DNA of 63,995 nucleotides, the filler included, from Reticulomyxa filosa (taxonomy: Eukaryota; Protista; Foraminifera), in assembly GCA_000512085.1 (NCBI GenBank). It is 22 parts of 22 records of this genome, joined end to end, with 100 filler letters (N's around TTAATTAATTAA, not from the genome) between each part and the next. Parts side by side here need not be neighbours in the genome. Positions count along the whole stretch, not along the records: positions 51,311 to 54,185 come from ASPP01028783.1; positions 54,286 to 55,893 come from ASPP01018035.1; positions 55,994 to 58,984 come from ASPP01042866.1; positions 59,085 to 61,639 come from ASPP01012914.1; positions 61,740 to 62,836 come from ASPP01015262.1; positions 62,937 to 63,995 come from ASPP01026605.1; 16 more parts are not named here. One strand, given 5' to 3'. Within the stretch, counting starts at the first letter, position 1; the number at the start of each line of letters is the position of its first letter. Shown here piece after piece: positions 53,111 through 63,995 of the stretch. The notes under the pieces are model-generated. The model was not told the DNA's origin and searched no databases. It saw nothing but the letters and a program-made list of their open reading frames with translations. Position numbers and translations under genes: made by a program.

Positions 53111-54285
53111 AACAATAAAGGATGAAGAAATGAAGAAAAAAAGCCAAATGGATGTGAAGTGATATTAATCTATTGTGGGAGAAAGCCGGTGAATGTCACT
53201 TGGTTATTGAAGAAAGCCAATTAGAAAGTGAAAGTGAAGTTATAACAAATGGTTACAGTAAACTTGAAAAACAAAAAAATCAAACTTTGTTATCCAAAAA
53301 AATTAAAAAAAATGTTAATACTGTACAATCAGAATTTGGTAATATCGATTAAAGAGAAAATGATATAATTGATAACAAAATATTAAATAAAAAAAATATA
53401 AACATTGTCAATTTGGTAGATACAAATACAATAGTTTTACTATCTAAAAAAAAGAAAGTTCAAAAAAGTGATTATGTTGATAATCGAAGTAGTCACGAAC
53501 TGGAAGATGACGTTGAGTATCTTAAACTACAATTAAAAATTGTTAGCGAATCTGAACAAACCTGGAAAAATTTAGCAGAAAACTTAAAAATTGAAATCCA
53601 AGAAGATAAAAAAACCCATAAAAAAGAATTAGAATACATTAAAAAAAGTTTTGAAGATAAAATGAAAAAATTGAACAAAAAATAGAACAAAAAACTAATG
53701 CGAGTGTTAATATTGTACCACCAGTTAGCAATATCAATGAAGTTTTAACCCAATTTGGACCAATGATGAAAGAAATTTTCCAAACAAAATGGAAATGTTT
53801 CAAAACCAGATGCAGATACAAGTGCAAATGCAAAAGCAAATGCAAGCGTAGCCACAAGTTTATCAATGTAAATGTCATGATCATGTACAGTCAAATGTAC
53901 AACAAACGAGTATTTCAAAAAGCTAATGGTTGTCAGTCAATATTTCGGACAAAATGATAAAAATGATCATAATCAATATCGAACACATAAAAAAAACTCA
54001 AAAATTGTTTAAAAAAAGATTATCAAATTTCATGACTACGAGAAAAACACAATTGTCAACTTTTTTTAGGAAATTTTACCAAATCAAATGAAAGATTAAA
54101 ATTTTGTAAAAAATTGTAAAGACTTAATAAAAAACCAAAAAAATATTTAAAAACTACACGATTTGTAGATATTTTTTAAAAAAATNNNNNNNNNNNNNNN
54201 NNNNNNNNNNNNNNNNNNNNNNNNNNNNNTTAATTAATTAANNNNNNNNNNNNNNNNNNNNNNNNNNNNNNNNNNNNNNNNNNNN

Positions 54286-55893
54286 AAAAAAAAAAAATGA
54301 GCATACATATATACGTATGATCTTGCACATTTAGTTTTAAAAATGACGAAACTTTTTCCAATTGTTTGAGTAAATTATTATTTGTCATGTACTGATAAAA
54401 ATCTTTTTCTTCTGGGAAAGGACACAACGGTGGCGGACATTTGTTGAATTGAGCCTTTATGGAGACGGCTAAATCATCAAAGTTGGCTTTTTGCAAGAGA
54501 TTGCAAATGGATTCAATCATGGAATTGAAATCACATTGTCCCAGACTATACAGATGCACTGTTTCCGAAACTCTATTCATGCCAAAAAAAAAAAAAAAAA
54601 ATTAAAGGTTTGAGGGGAAAATACACACACAAAAAAAAAAAAAAAATAGGAAATTGTATTTTGAGAAAACTGGTCAAACAAAGTTTTGGGTATTTTCATT
54701 TCCAGGTCATTGAATATCGACAGATCGTAAGGGTAATGATATTTGGACAAAGGGGAACTTTCGGTGGTATGGTCACTTCGGTCGACGGGTTTATGTGTCA
54801 AGACATGGTAGTCATTCCCTTTGGCTGTAGAATCAGTGACAGAAGGATATGCATTGCCGTTGTTCAATCGTACTCGTTTTAACGCAGGTTGACTTGCGTT
54901 GAGATGATCCAATTGCGTCTGCATGTCAGTTGCATTTAGATTGTTCTTAAGTCCAGACGTACCACCTGCGCCGAGATGCGAACCTGGAGGCAATATGCGT
55001 TGACTTGTTGCGGTGCTTCCAATGCCAAATCCAAATGGGCTGCTGTTGCCCCCATTCATACCTGGACGGATACTATTTGGATTTGGATACATATTCAGAT
55101 TACCATTTACATTTACATTTGTGTTTGGATTTGCGCTTGCGCTTGTAGTGTTTGTATTTGTCGCTGACGACAGGTCATGAATTGTCGCCGAACTGCCCAG
55201 GCCTAATCCTCGAACGCCGCTGCTATTTCTTAAAAAATAGGAAAATTGCTGTTCAATTCGATCACAACCAAAGCACACATATACATTACACTTGATTTGG
55301 ATTTATTATGTAAGCCTGAGAGAAAAAAAGAAACATATACACATATATATATATATATATATATATGTATATGTATGTATACATATATATGTGTATATAT
55401 GTATATATATGTATATAAAGAGTGTTGGGATATGCAAGTATGTAAACACATAGAAGAAGAAAAAAAGTGAACACACTCGATACAAGTCAGGATGTGACTT
55501 GAACAAGTCTCGAATTTGTGTTGTCACTGACTGTTCATCATACGTGCTCTTGCTGGAATGGGCTTGTTGGTACACTATTCAATTACTCCACTCTTAGTTT
55601 GCATGCACTACTTTTTTTTTTTTTTTTTTTTTCTTCTCCCTTGCCCTTCTTGCTCTAAGTAATCTGACTCATTCATTACATCTCTGCAAACCAAAAAAAA
55701 AAAAAAAAAAGACAAAACTTTGCAACAAATGCAAGAACTGTTGATAAACATCGGGCTTGTGTGAAAAACGATTGCGGATATCTGTGACATATTTGATGGC
55801 TTTTTGGAAGTCTTCGTCTGCACGATTAGCGTTTACAAAAGTGCCATTGACTGAAGAAGAGGTAGGAGGTGGAGGAGGAGGAGGAGGAGGAGG
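54286..55893 (-). CDS. SIN3: Sin3-type paired amphipathic helix (PAH) protein, internal exons
   Basis: FQKAIKYVTDIRNRFSHKPDVYQQFLHLLQ|YQQA..VTTQIRDLFKSHPDL|..FSYFL is a PAH domain; a second PAH-like segment reads VHLYSLGQCDFNSMIESICNLL. Confidence 0.75.
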
Positions 55894-56039
55894 NNNNNNN
55901 NNNNNNNNNNNNNNNNNNNNNNNNNNNNNNNNNNNNNTTAATTAATTAANNNNNNNNNNNNNNNNNNNNNNNNNNNNNNNNNNNNNNNNNNNNTTTTTTT
56001 TTTTTTTTTTTTTTTGTTTGGTTTGAAAAAAAAAAAAAA

Positions 56040-56463
56040 AAAAACACAATCGAAAATATGTTTTGACAATGCATTGTTCCCCACGAAACACTTTCAAACT
56101 TGTAACTTGCACCCATTTTGGAGCTACGCCCAGTTGTCTCCATGTGGTCACCAACGGCGCCAGAGCTTGGTTGCTCTTACCCACTGTCGCATCCAACAAC
56201 ACGTGATACATCAACCGCGAGAATTGCATCGTCAACAACTGTCGGAAGCGCTGCTTCTTCAACAATCGCACTGATCTTATCTTGTCTTTCAATGCTAACT
56301 CTTCTTCGTACTTAATGTGAGCTCGCCGTGTTGGAAATATCTCTTCATTCAACACATCAATCGCCAACCGCTTGCTTCTTGGTTTTGTGTGCAAGTCCCT
56401 GCAGATGGAACAACTAGGGCCACGAAATTTCCGTAAAAGTTGGAACGATTGCTTCAGCATGTC
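56040..56463 (-). CDS. Hypothetical protein, first exon
   Basis: MLKQSFQLLRKFRG... presequence-like start; open frame to an intron at the contig edge. Confidence 0.45.
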
Positions 56464-56894
56464 CAAAACAAAGCTGGAAAGAGTAAAATAGGGGGAATTG
56501 TAGTAAACAAATTATAATGTCTTTAGGGGCAATTGATCCAAAAATTTTTTTTTAAAAAGAGGCACCCTTTTGACGACCCGGTATAAAAGCTTGAAACAAT
56601 TTTTATGAAAAATGGTTAACAATGTTTGTGTGCACACACAAAGAAAAGTTGAACGTGTAAAAAAGATCAAAAAATCACAAATAAAAAGACGCAGTACTAT
56701 AGTTTCCTTCTCCTTACTATTTTAAATTTTGAGTGATACAGAAAAAACATTAGGCAAAGTTAGTTTGCAACACTGGCTAAATATCTTACTAAAAAAGAAA
56801 TTGAAAACGATTTCTTTTAGCAAAAAATTGAATTATTCACTTTGAATGGAAATAGGTTTATGAAAGTCTTGCAGCTGTTTCAACACTTGATCAT

Positions 56895-57383
56895 TCATTT
56901 CCATAACACTTTTGACAGTGCCTTGTAGAGAATCAATCCCTTTTTGGTGACATCGATGTTATGTCTCGACAGAATCACCCGATTTAATATCACTTGCGCC
57001 AGTTTGTCACTACATTGATACTCGTCTTCAATGCTGTGAGGATGTGTTGCAAGGTGGGTCGTCGAATATATGTCTTCGTTGGGGTGCTTCGCGTAAGTGA
57101 TTGGTGGTCTTGTTGAACGCTCTGCCATGTCGGCGACCGGAAGATTCGCGTGAAGATAATTCGTATTGCTGCTGATCAATTTGTTGGATGATAATTTTGG
57201 TCTGGTCAAATGCGATGCATATCTTCGTGATGCTCGAAAAAGCTGTGCCGCTTTTGCCCGAATCTCGCTTGCATGATGTTTTTGCTGGCTTATCAAAAAT
57301 TCCCTTCTTTTCGTAAATTGTATATTTGTTTCTTTTTGCTTTGGACTTGCCGTTGGCATATTTGAACCATCATTTGTCGCCAT
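56895..57383 (-). CDS. Hypothetical protein (162 aa)
   Basis: Clean ATG-to-stop ORF, GC-richer than its flanks. Confidence 0.55.
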   Translation of the reverse strand: MATNDGSNMPTASPKQKETNIQFTKRREFLISQQKHHASEIRAKAAQLFRASRRYASHLTRPKLSSNKLISSNTNYLHANLPVADMAERSTRPPITYAKHPNEDIYSTTHLATHPHSIEDEYQCSDKLAQVILNRVILSRHNIDVTKKGLILYKALSKVLWK

Positions 57384-57682
57384 TTTTTTTAGTTTTTTTT
57401 AAATCATTAGCAGGGAACCTATTACATGAACCCCAAGGCATCCGAAAACTTAAATAATTTTTGTTGACGATTACTTCAGTAAATTATTCACCAGTGTTTT
57501 TCACTTGTTTTTTCCTTCTAATTGGTCATCGGTATTTATTCTCTATTCAGATCAATTTGCACTCACAATTTTTTTCTTTTTATCTGTTGTTCTTTTTCAT
57601 TTTACGGTCAAATCGTGTACCGAAGAAGAGGTTAGGCTTTCACAAAGTCTAACTTTTGCCCTTGGTGAGTGAATTTTCCAAA

Positions 57683-58099
57683 ATGAAGCATGAAGAATGG
57701 GTAAGTCTACTCCAGAAATTGGCTTCTACAGATGTAGTGTTATTGCAACAAGGATTAGATATCTTCAAGAATAGTGTAGAACGCGAGGGCGCAGCCGTAC
57801 TTACCGAGTACGTGAAAAAATCAAGTAAATGTGTGGAATTGAAGAATGCATTGCGGTCGATATCGAATTGTAATCCAGTGATGAAGGAGCCCTTATTATT
57901 GAAGTTTTTTATGCTGATAGCTTCAGTTTACAGGGCCAGTTTGGCAAGACCTGAAAATGAAAGTTGTGAATCGGTATGCCATTTTTTGATGTACTACACA
58001 TTTGTTGCAAATTCGCATTTGTTGCATCTGTTGATGGCTCCCAACGTTATAAATTATCGTTATATGATCAAGTTTTGAACTTTGGAAAAAAAATTGGGT

Positions 58100-58136
<37 letters not shown>

Positions 58137-58875
58137 ATTAAAAAAAAAAGGGGAGGGATGAGTTGAACTTCTAAAAGTTAAGGATGTACATATATGTGTG
58201 TGACTCATTACAAAAAGTTTTATACATGCAATCCTGGGTTATTTGACCGGAATAAAAGAGGATACGTTGGCAATGGCCTGGTTGACAAAAATACAATTTG
58301 GCGGGAGGAAGTGGGAGGCCTTCTGGCAACAGTTTCCGCGTATAATGGAGGAACAACAAAAGAGTGGACAAGACACACATGATAACGAGAAAAAAATAAA
58401 ATCGATGACGAAGGAGCTGAGTGGCATTGCTTACATGTTGTTGCGGTTGTGGATTAGTTATCACGTGCACAGCAATCGTATGCTATTGTACGATATTATT
58501 ACCAAAATTCCATCCTTTTGGCAAGCAGTGCTCACCTACGGCGACAAATTTCTCAACTCTCGCACAGTCGAGTTGATGGTAAGATCGACACAACGGCATA
58601 GCAGGCAAGAGTCGCAATTCTTCACGTCGGGACGGACCATGGCGTTGCAGGACACGCATGTTGTCCCAGTCTACTTTATCAACTTTTTGATCAAATGGGT
58701 GTCGTCAAGGAATAACACCTTCACGAATCAAGAGTTACTGCAAACAATTGCGAAGCACCTTGCCCACCTCCAGAACACCTCCAATTTCGGAACAAAAAAA
58801 AAGAAGGTTCCAAATTGCATGCGAAGATTGCATTTGCTCAAAATTCCTTTTTGGATTTGTTGGCACTTCTTATGG
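57683..58875 (+). CDS. URB1: URB1/Npa1-like nucleolar ribosome-biogenesis protein, N-terminal exons
   Basis: LQQGLDIF...VLTEYVKKSSKCVEL and VYFINFLIKW resemble the Npa1 N-terminal domain. Confidence 0.5.
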
Positions 58876-58881
58876 TATACA

Positions 58882-58913
<32 letters not shown>

Positions 58914-58943
58914 ATTATTTTTTTTGATATAATATAATAATAG

Positions 58944-58984
<41 letters not shown>

Positions 58985-59084
58985 NNNNNNNNNNNNNNNN
59001 NNNNNNNNNNNNNNNNNNNNNNNNNNNNTTAATTAATTAANNNNNNNNNNNNNNNNNNNNNNNNNNNNNNNNNNNNNNNNNNNN

Positions 59085-61639
59085 CCAACGAGACATCCAA
59101 CGGAACAACCAACGGAACATCCAACGGAACGACCAACGACACCTCCAACGAAAAAACCGACCTTGTCTCCAAGCATGCAGCCTACGTTAACGCCATCGGA
59201 ACGGCCGACATTGTCTCCGACGGAACGACCAACGTTGAGTCCATCGGAACACCCAACTCTGGCTCCAACAAAGCGGCCTACGTTGGCTCCAACGGAAAGA
59301 CCGACATTGTCTCCATCGGATCAACCGACTTTGTCACCAACAACGAGACCCACGTTGACTCCAACCGGCCAACCGACGTCATTGCCAACGGAAAGACCCA
59401 CGCACACCCCAACCGAACAGCCGACGTCATCGCCAACGAAGCGACCGACATTCTCCCCAACCGAATACCCTACATCATCACCAACCAAAAAACCAACGGT
59501 AGCTCCATCTGATGGTCCAACCTCGTCGCCGACTAAACGTCCTTCGTCGTCCCCAACGGATCAACCGACCCATTCTCCAACGGAAATACCTACACGTACT
59601 CCGACCGACCAGCCAACTACTTTGCCGACCAAACGACCGACCTTGGCTCCATCCGATCGTCCCACGTCCTCCCCGACCGAACAACCTACGTCATTGCCTA
59701 CACAATCGCCAACACAACGACCAAGTGTGTCGCCTACGGATCAACCGACACAGACCCCCACTCAACAACCGACATCATCACCTACGAAACGACCGACTTT
59801 GGCTCCTTCTGATCATCCCACATCGTCACCCACAACACGACCAACTGTATCTCCAACGGAACAACCCACATCGACTCCAACACAAAGACCTACACTGGCT
59901 CCATCAAACGAACCAACCTTGTCACCGACTAAACGACCATCGTTTTCGCCAACAGATCAACCAACATCTTCTTCTCCAACAAAGCGTCCATCATCTTCGC
60001 CGACAGAGTCACCAACATCATTGCCAACACAAAGACCTACACTGGCTCCATCACATGAACCGACCAAACAACCAACATTGGCTCCATCCGATCAACCAAC
60101 ATCATCTCCAACAAAGAGGCCAACAGAGTCACCAACGTCGTTGCCAACACAAAGACCTACATTGACTCCATCACATGAACCAACCTTGTCGCCAACCAAA
60201 AGACCATCATCTTCGCCGACAGAGTCACCAACACCGTTGCCAACACAAAGACCCACATTATCTCCATCAAATGAACCGACCAAACGACCGACATTGGCTC
60301 CGTCGGATCAACCAACATCTTCTCCAACAAAGCGGCCATCGTTTTCACCAACAGATTCACCAACGTCGACTCCAACACAAAGACCCACATTGTCCCCATC
60401 AAATGAGCCAACGTTGTCGCCAACGAGACGACCAACATTATCTCCAACATCATCTCCAACAAAGCGGCCGACATTGTCACCAACAGATTCACCGACCTCG
60501 TTGCCAACCCAAAAACCTACATTATCTCCGTCGAATGAACCGACCTTGTTACCAACACAAAGACCGACGCTGTCACCAACGGAACGACCAACATTGGCTC
60601 CATCAGACCAACCCACATCAACTCCAACTCAAAGACCCACATCAACTCCATCAAATGAGCCAACCAAACGACCAACATTAGCCCCGTTGGATCAACCAAC
60701 CTCTTTTCCAACGAAACGTCCATCATTTTCACCAACAGAGTCACCAACATCGTTGCCAACACAAAGACCCACATTATCTCCATCAAATGAACCAACCAAA
60801 CGACCAACATTGGTTCCATCAAATCAACCAACATCTTTTCCAACAAAGCGGCCATCGTCTTCGCCAACAGAGTCACCAACGTCGTTGCCAACACAAAGAC
60901 CTACATTGACCCCATCACATGGACCGACTTTGTCGCCAACACAAAGGCCCACATTGACTCCATCAGAACAACCAACATTTTCTCCAACAGAGCGACCATC
61001 GTCTTTGCCAACAGATTCACCAACGTCGACTCCAACACAAAGACCCACATTGACTCCATCACATGGACCAACATTATCGCCAACGAAACGACCAACATTG
61101 GCTCCATCAGATCAGCCGACATTATCTCCAACGGATCAACCAACATCATCTCCAACAAAGCGACCGACATTATCACCAACAGATTCGCCGACCTCGTTAC
61201 CAACTCAAAAACCGACGTTGTCACCAACGGAAAGGCCAACATTGGCGCCATCAGATCAACCCACATCAACTCCAACTCAAAGGCCTACACTGACTCCATC
61301 AAATGACCAACATTATCACCAACCAAAAGACCGACATTGGCCCCATCCGATCAACCAACATCTTCTCCAACGTCGTTACCAACACAAAGACCTACGTTGA
61401 GCCCATCACATGAACCCACTTTGTCGCCAACACAAAGGCCCACGTTGACTCCATCAGATCAACCAACATCTTCTCCAACAAATCAACCAACGTCGACTCC
61501 AACACAAAGACCTACATTGTCTCCATCAAATGAGCCAACATTATCGCCAACAAAACGACCAACATTATCTCCGTCAGATCATCCGACATTATCCCCAACA
61601 GATCAACCAACATTGTCTCCAACGAAGCGACCATCATCC
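59085..61639 (+). CDS. Pro/Thr/Ser tetrapeptide-repeat (PT-repeat, mucin-like) protein, internal fragment
   Basis: About 850 codons of (PT/PS-x-x)n such as PTLSPTKRPTLAPSDQ; one -1 slip near 61305; both ends cut by spacers. Confidence 0.9.
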
Positions 61640-61781
61640 NNNNNNNNNNNNNNNNNNNNNNNNNNNNNNNNNNNNNNNNNNNNTTAATTAATTAANNNNN
61701 NNNNNNNNNNNNNNNNNNNNNNNNNNNNNNNNNNNNNNNAAAAAAAAAAAAAAAAAAAAAAAAAAACGTACATAAATCAGG

Positions 61782-62836
61782 ACAAATATCTCAATGGAGC
61801 AAAAGAAAGAGTTTGAAAAATTTGAAAAAGCAAATGGACTGCAAGAGAAGGAGAGCGAGTCGAAGCCATTGTTGGAAGCAGGAAAAAGAAGCAAAGCAGT
61901 GAAAACTACGGAAGGCGGTAAATATGGTTCCATCTCCAAGTTCGAGGCAAAGACAAAGACGAAGATGAAGAAGAAGAATACTCAGCCCCAAATTAAAACC
62001 AAAGGAAAAGCAAAAGGGGCCAAGAGTCGAAATAAAGTGCAATACGAGGGAGAAGCACACTCGTGTAATTTGGAATCGAATTGCATCGTATCTTCTTGTT
62101 TATTGTCGTCTTCTTCCTCTTGTGATGACAAGGAAGAAAAAGACAAAGAAGAAAAAGAAGAAGAAAATAATGAAAAAGAAAAAGAGAATAATAACAATGA
62201 GAATGAAAAAGATAATGATAAAGAAAAAGAAAAAAAAGATAAAGAAGAAGAGGAACAAGTGTTTGATAAGAGAAATAAATTAATAAAGCAATTGCTGGGA
62301 ATAGAGTTTGCACACGAATTAAAAGTGGCAAAGAAGTGTATAATGGACGAGCGTGAGTATTCGGAGCAAGGGTGGTTTGACATAACGACGTACTTCAACG
62401 ACGTGCGCACGCAGTGCGAAGCGCAAAGATTTGCAAATGAGTACAATGGCTACGACCCTCCAAAGAAGATTGCTTTTTTGGCGAGCAGTGTCATTCTGCT
62501 GGCGGACGACACCTTGGACGTTCGCGATCGCTTTTATTGCGTGGAAGACTACCTCCATGGCAGCTATATCAAACACTTGGACAACCATGGCGGGGACGAG
62601 CAGTTGCGCAACACGCCCGCTGCGTTTGCTCATTTCACGTATGAGGCGAGCAATAATCGTCTCTTGGTCTGCGACATTCAAGGCGTTGGCGATTTGTATA
62701 CCGATCCTCAGATTCATACATTTGACGGTCGAGGGTTTGGAAAAGGAAATTTGGGGATTGACGGCATGGTACGCTTTTTACGACTCATCAATGCAATGTC
62801 ATTTGCAACACTTCAAATTGCGACCTTTTAACCTTA
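61782..62836 (+). CDS. Alpha-kinase (eEF2K/MHCK family), partial
   Basis: KVAKK, YFNDVRTQCEAQRFANEYN..PPKKIAFL, VEDYLHGSYIKH, PAAFAHFTY, LLVCDIQGV..LYTDPQIH, GKGNLG, then THQCNVIC after a T-run slip. Confidence 0.93.
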
Positions 62837-62936
62837 NNNNNNNNNNNNNNNNNNNNNNNNNNNNNNNNNNNNNNNNNNNNTTAATTAATTAANNNNNNNN
62901 NNNNNNNNNNNNNNNNNNNNNNNNNNNNNNNNNNNN

Positions 62937-63995
62937 TTGATATCGCATTATCTTTCATGAACGTGCAGTCAAATGGCAATTTACCAACACGCTTCATAAC
63001 CAAATACATTGAATGTATCATGAATGATCGTGATAATGAATGAAAATCTCTTCGACATAACACCCCAGATCTTACTGTCTCAATCCAGTGATGAACATAA
63101 AACATGTCCAAATACATTCTCCCATGGAGTAATAAAGTAAATTAATTGTTTGTTCCATTGATGTGTTTTGAATAAATGTTTATTTTATAATTTTCATTCA
63201 GTGGGTTTTAAAGTTTTTGTGAAGGCAGCCAGTTAAAATGAATTTCACGCTGTTTTTCCTTTCGTATTTTGTAGGCTACTAAGTTTCTTAAGGAATTTGG
63301 AGGTCCTGATATACCAACCAGTTGGAATAAAATCCGCGTTGGTATTCCACAATTTATGAAAAAAATATTAAAATGTCTTTGTTTATTGTTTTATATTCAT
63401 TTTTTTCATTATACTTCTTTAACCTTTTTTTACTTTGACTGTGTCTCTTTGGTTGGTAAGTAAGAGTGCATAAGTATGCCTGCCTATGTTGTACTTATTG
63501 ATTACTTTGTAAGGTATTTTAACCTTAGTACTGTATTCCGTGTGAGGTGCTTGGTTAAAATGCTTTTTCCCCTTTTCTTTTCGTTTTGGAATTTCAATAT
63601 TACAACTTCCTCAACTAAAAAAAAAAATATCTGCTAATTCAAGTGAGATTTTATTAGCATCAGATTTCTTGTTCTGCATTGCTTGAAATACGATTTTGGC
63701 CTTGTCAAATGGTTCCACTTTCACCATCGAATATCATTGTCTTTCAATATCTTGACAACGCTTTTTCTTTTGTTCAGCAGCGAATGTCTTTTGATAAATG
63801 TCACATCTTGGCTGCCTTACAATATGTTTACCATCTTGATTTTCCTTTTATTCTATTTGTCCATCCTTCTCAATTGAGTTGCTGCTCATTAACATCAACT
63901 GCAAAATGAACAAATAATGTCCGAAAATATATGTGCTAATACTTTCTGGACAACGCATTCTGTTTCTAATCCAAGGAACTTGATTACCGATGTTG
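62937..63995 (-). mobile_element. Possible highly degenerate retroelement remnant
   Basis: Broken coding-like frames and a 27-nt segment shared with 49824-49850; no intact diagnostic motif. Confidence 0.25.

Noticed and set aside
55330-55420. (TA)n/(TATG)n tracts here and at ~24870-24925, 25590-25670, 58880-58910
   Set aside because: Ordinary intronic microsatellites.
59278-61293. Alternative-frame and antisense ORFs in the PT repeat; CRISPR-like periodicity
   Set aside because: By-products of a coding tandem repeat; there is no repeat-spacer structure.
2209-62936. Regularly recurring TTAATTAATTAA as a biological repeat, CRISPR repeat or chromosome-breakage signal
   Set aside because: Always embedded in fixed-length N runs; it is a six-frame-stop concatenation linker.
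6184-63995. Stop-codon reassignment or programmed frameshifting
   Set aside because: Intact genes end in TAA, TAG or TGA normally; breaks coincide with introns, homopolymers or clear decay.

Overview
This window is not one locus. It is 22 short contigs joined by 21 identical artificial spacers (~44 N + TTAATTAATTAA + ~44 N), so adjacency across a spacer means nothing. Twenty contigs are AT-rich, intron-containing eukaryotic DNA. Their gene families (WD40 with the 'EEEIKVIIKYWARILNIKLGW' leader, Kelch, TPR, TRAF-type RING, divergent alpha-tubulin) suggest a foraminiferan such as Reticulomyxa; this is an inference. Two contigs (2309-6083) are GC-rich betaproteobacterial DNA carrying the 23S-5S rRNA operon end and dppA-dppB-dppC. 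Recognisable eukaryotic genes include a cationic amino-acid permease, an EF-hand protein, a Ubl-multi-RING RBR ligase, two WD40 proteins and an RNF213-like C-terminal module. Also present are a CYTH-like protein, a DHA2 MFS transporter, COX10, cyclin H, a SAM/U-box protein, a Sin3-type PAH protein, URB1/Npa1, a Pro/Thr-repeat protein and an alpha-kinase. Pseudogenes and non-LTR/Tc1 remnants are common. Many single frameshifts fall in homopolymers and look like sequencing errors. The best leads are the RNF213-like module with an apparently inactive RZ finger, the GG-terminated Ubl-RBR ligase, A-tract intron acceptors and the CYTH-like gene. All calls come from manual motif recognition; no searches were run.
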